A DNA stretch of 64,000 nt. It comes from Ancylonema sp. (taxonomy: Eukaryota). A program made the translations under genes and the position numbers. A model generated the notes under the pieces. That model searched no databases and was not told where the DNA came from. It was given only the letters and a program-made list of their open reading frames with translations. Shown piece by piece: positions 1 through 11,252 of this stretch (position 1 is the first letter of the stretch; every line of letters starts with the position of its first letter). The stretch spans positions 1 through 64,000 of the forward strand of contig JBFLGF010000210.1 in NCBI GenBank assembly GCA_050230475.1, read 5' to 3'.

Positions 1-1319
1 TGCAGCACTTATATCTCACAACAACTAGTCCCTTCTCCACTTCTGTCAAAAGGACCATCTCGGTATGTTACCCCTCTTGATGTGTAGAGGACTGGTTCTA
101 TTAACCAACAAGATTCGCAAAACACGTCATATTGGTAGTAGATTATTCATTTGCCTCAATATTGCTTGCAGATGAACCACATGGACCAACTTGTTTAACG
201 GATGATTTAGGTTCGCATATGCCGTCTGCATTGATAAACTCCTTGTTGGTCGGACGACAAGCACCAATAGTTTTGGACCCTGAACATTTTTGTTGTCGGT
301 AGCTTTGTTGGTAGCATTTTTATTGTATTGTAAGGTGGGAATCTTGCATGACATTCTGGATTCACATTCTCCTTCTGTTACATGCCATTCTATTTCGTTA
401 AAGGGCAGAGTGTTTTATTTCCAGATTCTATGCCGGCCATCATTGAGTCAAGAATACCAACTGGTATTCCCGATATTACAAATGTTAGGTATGTGTGCCA
501 TTTGTGCAGCACTTGCATTACTTTGTGTATCCCAACCCTTATTCTGGATTTTGGCGTGCAGTGGTGGGCGAGTCACTACCGAACCCCCTTGTTCCCTATA
601 TTTGCGCAACCCACTCGGGGAGTTGCCAACGAATGGCCGCCATGACGTGTGTCTTATTCACAGTGGTCCGCCAGTTGATGGCGATGAGAATCGCCCCCCC
701 CCAATCGGAGACCTTGTTGGTGTTGGTATGATATTGCTTGCGTGCTCGTCTCTTATGGTGCCTGTGTTTCCATTTATCTGCGTTTGCTAGAAGGAAAGAC
801 TCAAAGCAAGATTGCATGTTTGTTGATGTGGTTATTTGTCCATGTTTACAATTGTTCATGTGCCTGTACCTTTTGTGCTCTTGTACTGCTAATGTGTATT
901 TGTTTCTTTATGGATCCGCTTTTGCTTATAAAAATGACCCTTCGCTGTCATGCATGTGTGTTGTCTCGTGTTTATGTGACAGTGGGTATGCAGTTCATGT
1001 GAACATTAGAGTGGCTAGTTTTATGGTTCCTAAGGCTGCCATCATTTGTGTTTTTAAATGTTTGTTGGAATGTGCGATATGTTTGTGTTTTTGTGTGTGC
1101 ATTTTTGTGTTTGTTTGTTTTTGTCGTGTTTTTTCGCCTCTTCCTTATTGTTGCTAGCCACACCCGACGATCACGAAACGAAGTAGTCGTCGTGTAAGCA
1201 AGGCCAAGAACTAGAAGGGCGTTATGGCGAAGATGCTAACCGATGTTGTCGGGCAGGGGGGGACGACAGAGGATCTGTAGGATGTGTGTCGTTTCGACGC
1301 TACTATTGGCGCTCCATAC

Positions 1320-1797
1320 AGGGGGGGACTGTTATTATTTTGGCCATCTGCCCTATGAAGAACTCCACAAATATGAGTTCCACCCAATCTTGTCAAATCG
1401 ATAATAAAATACCCTGCCCTTTCCACCTTTAACTAGCCCCTGATTCTCCAACATCGAACACGCCATCCCAGACCGGAGCGACTTGAAAGCGGATCTCGAG
1501 GGGTCGATATCCACAGACACCAACCTTTTCTTTACTATAACGAAGAGTGATCATTTTAAAGAATTGCTCTCTCTCCGCCATATTAAAGAGAAGGTTGGTG
1601 TGTGTAGATGTCGACCCCTCGGGATCTGCTTTCAAGTTGTCCAGTTTGGGATGGCGTGCACGGTGTTGGAGAATCAGGGACGACTTAAAGGTGGAAAAGG
1701 CGGGGTATTTTATTACCGAATTGACACGAGTGGGTGGAACTCTCATATGTAGAGTACTTCTTAGGGCGGATGGCCAAAAGAACAGCAGTCCCCCCCT
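1320..1797. repeat. Long imperfect palindrome (arms about 238 bp, almost no loop)
   Basis: Hand alignment of 1320-1557 with the reverse complement of 1561-1797 gives about 40 differences including one indel (about 83% identity). Confidence 0.95.
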
Positions 1798-2229
1798 CCA
1801 ACACGGTGACATCTTTTCTTGTCATGTTGAGCGCCTCTTTGGCACGGGCACCACACACAAAGGAGAGTGTGAAAAGTAGAGCATCCCGGAGGTCGACAAC
1901 AACACGCAGGTCGAGGGACTTAGGTACGGGAATGAGAACGTCGAGCGGGAGGGACTTGGTCTTCATGAGGCGCAATACCCAGCCGCTTTGTTCTAATCCC
2001 TTTTGGAGATGGCCATCATCTCACGCAGGCGTTTGATTCGGACCTTCGGTGGGCCTTTGCCCCCAACTACATCGGGACGGATTCTGGCCCATGTAAGGAG
2101 GGCTTGTAAACACTGTAATTAAGGAGGAATGGGGGTGGAGAGGATTGGGGGGAGGGGGGGGGTTAATGTGACACACGAGTTTCATTAATATGTAACAAAG
2201 GATACGGATCTCACTATCACAGAAGAATT

Positions 2230-2725
2230 GTAGGAAATGCCAACTTGCTCCCGTAGATGTCCCAGATATATGGAGATGGCGTCAAGTTCGAGGACTGATA
2301 TTGATCGAGGGGGGAATGCACCAATGCACAAGAAAACTTGCTCACGCTAGCATAAGAGGGCACTAACAAGGGGTAAAAAGACGAAGAATTTGCAGCATTA
2401 TATCTGGTCATAGCCTGCAAGCAAGGGAAATCGGTGATGACGGACGCACTTTGCTGAGCTAGACCCGGAAAACGCGGCACGTAGGCACATACAACGAGAG
2501 TTCTGCCTTCGTCATATATAAACAATAAAAAGTTCAACTGTTGGGTTGAACCCTCTATAATAATATACTATAATACGGAAAATGACGTATGTACTCGATG
2601 CAACGACTTGAGAGAATAACGTTGACAACTGTACCCATACAAAGGCGGGTTACCCAAACGTAAACTAAATAATATTGAGCCCGTTTATTTAAACCCTAAA
2701 AGGAACTTGACAATATTCTCATATC
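2230..2725. repeat. Dispersed repeat family A, copy 1 (uninterrupted)
   Basis: Colinear similarity to 49210-49533 plus 50200-50375, e.g. GCTAGCATA..GGCACTAAC, CGCGGCACGTAGG, GTTCTGCCTT, TATAATACGG, ACCCAAACGTAAA, TTTAAACCCTA. Ends approximate. Confidence 0.85.
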
Positions 2726-3737
2726 AGAGTTGAGATTGGGAAATTTTAGATTTGACCTCCAGTCGCGAAAATAACGTAATTCGGATTCGGACCTCGTGAT
2801 TTATATACGGGATTAGCTTATTGCATAATTTTTACATTTGTTATTGTTGTTCGTGTAATTACGTTTGGGCTGAGGTAATTACTAAAAATTAGGGATTACA
2901 TATTGGCTCCTTATTGAGCGGTCGTGATTGTCATAATTAATATTTCGCATAATGGCAATGAGATGGCAGAGTTGAGTTTGACACGATTAAAAAGGCAAAG
3001 CACTACCTATTTTTTTGGCCTCCATGGTACTATTTAAGTGCAGTACAGTACCTGTCCATACCATACCTTTTCGATATAACTTACGAATTTCGTACAAATT
3101 CCTTGTAATCAATAATCCTGACGATAACGTACAATCTTACATCTTACACGGGGGTATTGTAATTACAGACGTAAAATTAACAATGAAAGTCGTCATTTGT
3201 AATCGTAATTGTGACCTAAGGTTGCAACCTTGGGTCAAATTCTTTGGTCTTTCCAAGCCATTCACATTCCAATATATTGAGAACCCCATCACTCTTTAAA
3301 TAATCCTTCCAAAGCTTGAGTAAAGTCGCAACTACACGCGACGTACGACAACACATCAGTACGATCCCAACTCTTTGCGCCATGCCATTGATCTACACTC
3401 CTTGGGTAGTTTAGGAGCTTCATGTTACATCGACCCTCGACTTGTCGTGATTTCTTGATAATTATGATTTTTTGTACAAGCCAAAAACAAGAACATATAT
3501 GCAGTGAACAATTGTTTATTAGTTGAAAAAATGTGTGTCGCACACGTGAAAAATACATTGCACCAAACTAGAGATTCGCATTCACACTCGGAAATGTCAC
3601 CATTGTAATCCACTTCAGTGTGACTCGATGTTGAGAAAACATGAATTTGAAATCAGTTATGAAGAGCCTCGAAACTCTTACTCCATGATAGTATACACAT
3701 GCGTGAATTCTGCCATGTGTACACTCGATTCCTTTGA

Positions 3738-6700
3738 TCAAGAGATGAGCGTTTTATTTCGAATTTCAGATGATGATAGATCAAAACGAAACGCGTTCTC
3801 GGGTATTTGTACAAACATGTCTCTTATTTCATGAGGAATCGTGAGCTCGCCAAGCTCCTGCACAAACAAACAAACCCAAAACAATTTCTCACCATGTGTT
3901 CTACATTCATCCCAACCATCTCATAAAACAGTGCATCCGTAACTCACCGACCACCTCGTCCCCCCATAAGGGTGGCATCATAGTATTCAACACAACCCTT
4001 ATGGTTGTGTCTCTCATGATAAGAATATATGAACACACGTATTGTCACCACATTGACACTGCACATTCAATATAATATCACTCTCCCAACACTTTGAGAA
4101 AACCAAAAACACTTCACCCCCCCCGCCTCCCATCCTTCACCCCCACCCCCCCACTCTCCCCATCCCACTAGACATCCCTCCAGCCACTCACCTACCCACA
4201 TTGTGAAAGTTCACCCCCCCCGCCAGTTTACAAATTTTTTAGTAGGGCTACCTTATGAGGGGTCTTGAAATTTTATTCCTAAAAACTCCTTACGTGTAAT
4301 AACCGAGATTTTTTTTTAAGAATGTCGGTAAGTAAAGGGCACAATGCTCACATGGAATTGACCGTCTGTTACCCTCCCGGCCACCAAGAAATTGCACCCC
4401 TGCTCCCTCATGCCACTCACTTCTGCCACCATCGCCTCCACGTTATTGCCATAATACTTCGGCTGCAAAAGTGGCAAAAAGGTTGGTATTGGTCATGGAT
4501 TCACAAAATTACATTTCTAACAGCGAAATAACATGTATTTGTTATGTATTCGCTAAAATGGAGCACTATAGGGACACATGTGTCATTCAAGTACAAACGT
4601 CATGATGCCATGAGTTCCTAAAGGAGTTTGGTGCGTATGTATACGAATACTTCGAATTTGTGTAAAAATGGAACTACAAAATTTAAAACCCAGCATCGGC
4701 CATCACATATGCATGCATTGTTGTATTCACATACATATATTCCCCCCTCAATTCCTAAAGAAGGCATATATGTCCTCTCATACATACATATATGCAAATA
4801 TTTATGACTATATATACATATAAACATGTACATATTTGTGAGTGTAAATAAATATGTTACCATTAATATTATAATATTATTAGTACATCGTTATACATAT
4901 ATTTTATGTATATACAGACATGTATATATATACATATATTTATTTATATATATACATTTATACATTTGTATATACATACATACATATATACATATGAATA
5001 TATGTATATATGTATATATGTATATATGTGTGTATATGTATACATATGTATATATATACATATATATATGTATATATATAGATATCTTTATATATACATA
5101 TACATATATGTGTACATGTATGTATATGTGTATATATATATGTATGTATGTAAATATGTATACATGCATATATGTATATAAATACATATATATTTATATA
5201 TAAATATTGGGATGGGGAGAGGTAGGACATTGAGGAGACGTATGGCGGTGTCGTATCCGATCACGATGGTGGTGTCGGGTAGCAACTCCGCCTTCTTATA
5301 GAACATGGGCTGATTCGTTATAACAACCATCAAACCTGCATTGGATTCAAAAAAATTGTGTGAGTTGAGAGGCCATGAAACATATTGTATAATTATGGAG
5401 ATTGTGAAGTAATGTGTAGGGTTTCAAGATTTCTATTCGATTTTGTTTGTACACGATGTGCAGTGTACAAGGAGTGATAGACTGTAAGATAGAACTAGGC
5501 ATACACACACATACACAGATGCTCATACATGTTTGTCGCATGCTTATAAGAACTAATGAGTGTATACACATGTGTCAACCTGTTGGTTGACAACAAAACT
5601 GGATCTCCAGAGCCCTCATTTTTTATGCATTTTCGGATTCTTGTGTTGTATATGGGATGGTTGTTATACAGTGGATGGTTGTTATACGGGGAATAGTTGT
5701 TATATGGGGAATGGTTGTTATATGGTGGATGGTTGTTGTATGGTGGATGGTTATTATATGGGGAATGGTTGTTATATGTGAAATTTGTACCCTTGTCTTC
5801 GAATTGTTTCACTCGTTTCAGGATTTCGGTGACTTCCAGGGGGGGCTTGTCCGCATTGATGGCAGAAATCTCAAAGCAGGGGATGGATTCTGCCACCTGT
5901 CTGCCGAGCAAAAAGGAGGAAGTTTCCACATCAGTTCACCTTTTTTTTTTTTTTTTTTTCTAGAAAATGAGGACGAAGGGATGAAAATACTGATAATGTG
6001 GTATAAAACAAAACATTTGTACATTTATGTGAGTAATTGCTTTCTATGAGCGTGTTTGAATATTGTGTATGCTGAAGAGTTGATTACTTTTTGTAGAAAA
6101 CCTGCTGATACCTACAGAAGGGCATTATAATATATATTATTATCTATTGATATAATAAAAAATACTTATATATATACATATATATATATACATATATATA
6201 TATATACATGTATGTATATATATATATATGTATATATATATAAACATATATAGATATATAGATATATATACTATGTATATAGATATATGTACCATATATA
6301 TAGATATATATACCATATATTTACATGTGAATGTTTGTACGCATGTGTATATATTTATATATCCTCTTACATTCTAGAACGCATGCATACCTTTATGCAT
6401 CAATTGCTGTACTGTCGCAAACTCATTCATTTTCATTTTTTCACTTCCTTTCTCTCTTCCTCTTTCTTTTTCTTTTTAGTTGTCCATCATCCATGATCCC
6501 AATTAAGATTCTAATATGTACTTTTGATTCGTTTCGCCACATGCTCATGCCACTACCCTTACAGCCGAAACAATCCAAAGTGCTTTCCAAAGCGAGGCAA
6601 ATATCAGGATCTCCATCAATCCCATACAGCCTTATCACCCAAAAAAACTGCTCACTCATCATTCCAGTCCGATGAACAACCCGCTCAAATAAAAACCCTA

Positions 6701-9654
6701 AAATAATTAATAAAACAAAAAAACAAAAACAAAAAAAATGACAGCTAATCTGGCACTACCACTCACTTGCAAGCTGCCCGCATCAGCGCCAGGTGTCCCT
6801 CATGCAAAGGATTGAACGATCCCGAAAGCAACACGAGACGCCCACTCCCGCCACTACCCACCACCTCTTCTGTGCGGCAAAACACAAAAAAGGGTCTTGT
6901 CGAAAAAATGGCAAAAAGGGTATTTGAACTCGATACAAAACTCGAACTCGTTATGAGTTCGTACACGTGCCCTTATAAAGAGAGAAGTGGATATACGGAT
7001 ATAAGGATAGTGAGTGTTATCTTCGTGGGCACATATACCCTTTCCGTCTCTACCTGAACCTGGACCTGATTACTGACCTGTGAATGTGACCATGTCCACC
7101 CTCCCCTTCACCACTTCCGCCACCTCATCCTCTCGACTCAGCACCACCTCCCTCTCCTCCATCTCCTCCCCCCCCCCCCCCATGCTTAAACCCAGATCCA
7201 GGGGCTGAGCCACTCCACTGACGTCAGATAACGCCTGCACCAGATCCGACCCGTCTCCGGGCAGAGGTATTAGGAGTCGAAAGTTAAGGGGGGTGAAGGG
7301 TTTGGGATGGAAGTGTGAGGTGATGGCAGTACCCAAAAAAAAAAAAAAAAAAAACGTTTTTTTTTGTGTTGTTTTGTTTTGCTTTGTCTTGTTTTGTTCT
7401 ATTTTGTTTTGTTTGTGTTGTTTTGTTCGTTTTTGTTTTCCCTTCGAGAAAGTCTTCAGCCATTTCACAGGCATGCCTGCACATGGTGAGTGTATGGTAA
7501 ATCTGATAAAGTGTTTTTATGAGTATATGATGAGCATGCGTGACAATGTATTGCCTCTAGTTCACACGAACCTTAAAACGTATGAGTATATATAAGTATG
7601 TGTGTACCATACACCATGAAGTCGTGTTTGATCATCATCGTATGCCATCTCTACTGCTGTTGTAAATGTTCAGTCCGTAATAGCGAAGGGAATTCTCGTC
7701 ATGTGGAAAAAAGTGCATCTTCTTTCTGTATACCAAAGTCTGGCCTTACCCAAAAATGATCAAATTTCGAGTCAGCATGGTTTCAAATTCTCAGCCTGCA
7801 TAGGACAGGTCCACAGATCCGCTATTCAACATAAGTAATAACTAGCAACACCAAACCCAATGCTGCAAGTGCATGTAGCCGTGCGCTAACAATCAACTGC
7901 CACCTGTCACCTGCCAGGTGTCACTGACCTTGAGGACCAGTCGGCTGGTGACATCGTCTTCAGCGCATCGGTCCCGACTGCCCTGCCAGGGATCAGGAGA
8001 AGGTGAAATTGGGAGATGGGGGGAGGAGAGAAGAGGTAGAACAGTCGTCGTTTTTTTTAACATGGTTTTTGACAGTTGGAGCTGGTGTACAAACAACCAG
8101 GAGCACAGGTCGTTGAATTTCTGATGAACAGGTGGGAGAGCGGTAGATGCATACTCACAAATTGTTATTTTGCACACCTTTTTTTCATTATCAAATACCA
8201 TTTTTTTATTTTTTTTTGAATAATAATAAATAATGATCTTCTGCTTCATTTCAACACGTTATAAACAAGCCCTTGTGACAGTCGAGCCCGTTTCAACATC
8301 ACAACGCGCACGTACCGACATCTCACGTGTTGAACAAAAGTCGAATCAGATACTGTTGACTAACTGATATCCAGTGACCAAAAGTGAGGAGTTTGAAAGG
8401 GGGTGGTTCCCAGCCACCTTGCTCAGAGTGAGGCTGTATTCTCTCAGGCCTCCTTGCCACCGGGTGGACACATGACACCTGGCGCAAAACCAATCGCTCT
8501 TCACCATCAAAATTCAGAATTCTGGTTCAGGTTCTACTGACAGCTCATCCAATGACATTGCACCGTTAGTAGATCTTAAAAAAAGGCTACGGGGGTAAGC
8601 TGATGAAAGGTATGCATGTGTAGAGCTCAATTTTCCATTACCTTTCTTTACTCAAAACAAATAGTTTCCAGCCTGTTAATCCTGTCTCACTGTTCAATTG
8701 TTTGACTGTTTCCCTCTCAAACCACTTCAAAGCTGTCTCTACTGTCAGAGGGTGGGAGGGGGGCATGTTGGAAACATGGACCTTACCGGTGCTCGCCTTT
8801 CTTTTCTGCGACAGAAACGAGAGCACAGGTGCAACCGACTCCCACAGCACGAGTGCCTGTAAAGAGATTCGTGTTCAGGTTTAAATTCAGGTTCAGGTTC
8901 AGGTTCAGGTTCAGGTTCAGGTTCAGGTACGGAATCGAGTGCAGCATTGTGTTCCGACTGCTTGCCTCGGCTCGGTGCATGGGCACACAATTTTATTTTT
9001 TTAATTTTGAAATCACATCATCCATGCCATGTTCCTGCTCCTTCAGTGCACGTCAGACTTGCAGCGAATTTGGATGTTTCTCATGGCGCAGAACATGGTG
9101 AAGGTATGCTGGAGTGGTGACAGACCAGGGGGAGATAACCGTAGGGCGCGGTTGTAGGCAGATTGAGCCATAAGCTGAGCGGTTTGGCTGCTCACAAATT
9201 TCTGAGGCTGCTGATTGGGGATGGGTGGGGAGGGTAGGAGGGAGGAGGTAAGAGTCATTCGGAAAAGTAAAAAGAGCAGCCAATTGGAGTAAGAAAACTG
9301 TAAGCGAATGCGCGCATGACATGGAGGTCCATGTATGACTGCTCTGATTGGTAGAAAATTTGCAAAGGATTTGATTCGCCTTCAGGCGCTCTCCCGTGCC
9401 TGAAGGCTGAAACGCAACCCCAAGCTTGAGCAGGGAATCGACACAATGTGGGATTAGATTCAGCGCACCTGGCCAAGAAGTTGGATCATGGATCGCCGAG
9501 AATATGGCACCGAGACTTCAAGTACGGAATTTGAAGCCCCGGGTACGGACAGAAGCCAGCCGATTGCCTGGGAGGCTCCTCCAGACAAAAGAAGGACGGC
9601 ACGTGTGGGAGAAACGTGGATGGCATCTACCGCTGCGCGAACTGCTGTGTCCAT
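3738..9654 (-). CDS. Nucleotidylyltransferase-superfamily protein (N-terminal CinA-like domain plus C-terminal NMNAT/NadD-like HxGH domain), about 387 aa, 11 exons
   Basis: Exons (minus): 9654-9469, 9210-9126, 8856-8787, 8478-8418, 7982-7929, 7234-7078, 6869-6767, 5900-5791, 5335-5229, 4462-4352, 3857-3738. All introns are GT-AG with matching phases; total 1164 nt. Motifs: [75 protein letters not shown]. Confidence 0.9.
4780..5205. repeat. Intronic TA/CA/TG-rich microsatellite
   Basis: Alternating purine-pyrimidine tract seen directly. Confidence 0.9.
5650..5777. repeat. 18-bp minisatellite (TATATGGKGRATGGTTGT-like), about 7 copies
   Basis: Tandem units seen directly; translated as PYNNHP repeats in the ORF track. 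Confidence 0.85.
8874..8927. repeat. (TTCAGG)n hexamer satellite, intronic
   Basis: Seen directly. Confidence 0.9.
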
Positions 9655-10384
9655 TTCCTGACGAAGGAGCAGATAAGCGGTAGTTTTATTTGTGCTCCAC
9701 GATCTCCTCCGACTCACTGCTTACAAATATAGCATCATCCCGTATTTCACATTCTTTCCCACAGCTGTATGTCTCTGCATTTCAGTCGCGGTGCGAGGGT
9801 GGAGGACAAAAGTTGAATGTTCGGGTCAGATTTTTGCCACAGGCGGAAGGTGAATTTGTGTCTCTGTGTTGCCGAGGCGTTATTTCTCAACAGCTACCGT
9901 ATTGTATCTACAGTCGGCAGTCTGACACCCTGGGTAAGACAAAATTCTAAATTCTCAATTCTCTCTCTGATCTCTTGATGGAAACCGTCCCTACGGTATG
10001 CTGTGCATATTTGCATATGTTAGATGACCAGTTTGTTGTAAAACATAGAATATCGTCGTGTCATGCAAGAGGGGTGATGGCCGGAAATACTTTTCCAATT
10101 TATGAATATTTTTCATCTCCTCGTCGGAATGTCCAGCACACACCCGTGACGTGAACCACACAACAAGTTTGTCACATTCCGGAGCCCCTCCCAGCCCAGT
10201 CGATGGGATGGTACTGGGATTGGACAATACCTGTGGCACGAGTGTGGCTTCACCCCAGATGCAGGTCGGAGAAACGAATGATAACCCGCGGGGAGGAAAT
10301 GGTTGTCTGCCGCGATTGCGGATTTCGCACACCTTGTGCTGGGATCCCCAGCACAAAACTACTGGTTCCCACCAAGCATAGGTC

Positions 10385-10930
10385 CCCAGTCTAATTTCCC
10401 TGGAGACTGGAGCCTGCGCAAGGGATGGACCAATCTAAATTAGACTGGAGTCCAGTCCAGATCCAGTCCACAAGTCTACCAGTCCGTAATGAACACGGCT
10501 GGGAATTTAAACACGTTCTACATGTTTTTCCACACGTGTCCAGTCTAATTCTCGTCCACCCAGTCATATATCTTAAGTGACCAGTCTGATTCGCACGTGT
10601 CATTTTCTGTCCGTCCTGGACACGTTTTTTTTTTTGGAAATGTAGGGTTTTTTCAACTTTTCTATTTTTTCACACGTATCCAGTCTACACCCAGTCTATT
10701 CCCAGTCTACCCAGTCTAGGTTAGGACGTGTCCAGTCTAGCTCTAGTGTACATCCCAATCCGGACCGCACCAAAATTATCCAGTCTTCGCAGTCTGCCAT
10801 CCCCCAGTCGAAGACTGCCCAGTCCAAAGTGGTTTTCGGACTCGGTTTGCTGGACTGCGCAGTCCCCAGTCCGGGGGCGTGCAGTCTTGGACTGGAGACT
10901 GGGGCCCCTGACTGGAGACTGGAGACTGAC
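10385..10930. mobile_element. Non-autonomous element rich in CCAGTC/GACTGG motifs, in a divergent promoter
   Basis: More than 15 copies of CCAGTC or GACTGG in both orientations; a 16-bp direct repeat CCCCAGCACAAAACTA lies at 10346-10361 and 10934-10949. Confidence 0.5.
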
Positions 10931-11252
10931 GCACCCCAGCACAAAACTATTCCCTCTCCCTGGTTCCCGCCCCCCTCCAAAAAATCTCAATATGTTCGAT
11001 AAAAACGTGTGCGTTGACCCAAACCAGCTCCTCGCCTGACCCTCGGAAAGAGACATCTGCAGTCGCGGGTGAGGTGAGATGGTCGGTAGCATCTCAAATA
11101 GGTTTCTCATGCGCAGAAACTGCACACCTCCTCCACAAGTCTGGGTGCTGAAGGTGCTGTCGCGCCTCTAGGGTCAGGTGAGGAGCCTGCATCGCTAAAA
11201 CGTGACACATTTTGAGAACCTTGTCTGCATACTGCCTTTAGCTGCTTTAAAA

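Noticed and set aside
1..1200. Overlapping ORFs of 75-166 aa
   Set aside because: There is no recognisable domain or splice structure; likely decayed repeat or chance.
4618..5230. Y/I/M/H-rich ORFs (also 33318-33887, 57511-58308, 63102-63399)
   Set aside because: They are translations of intronic TA/TATG/12-mer repeats.
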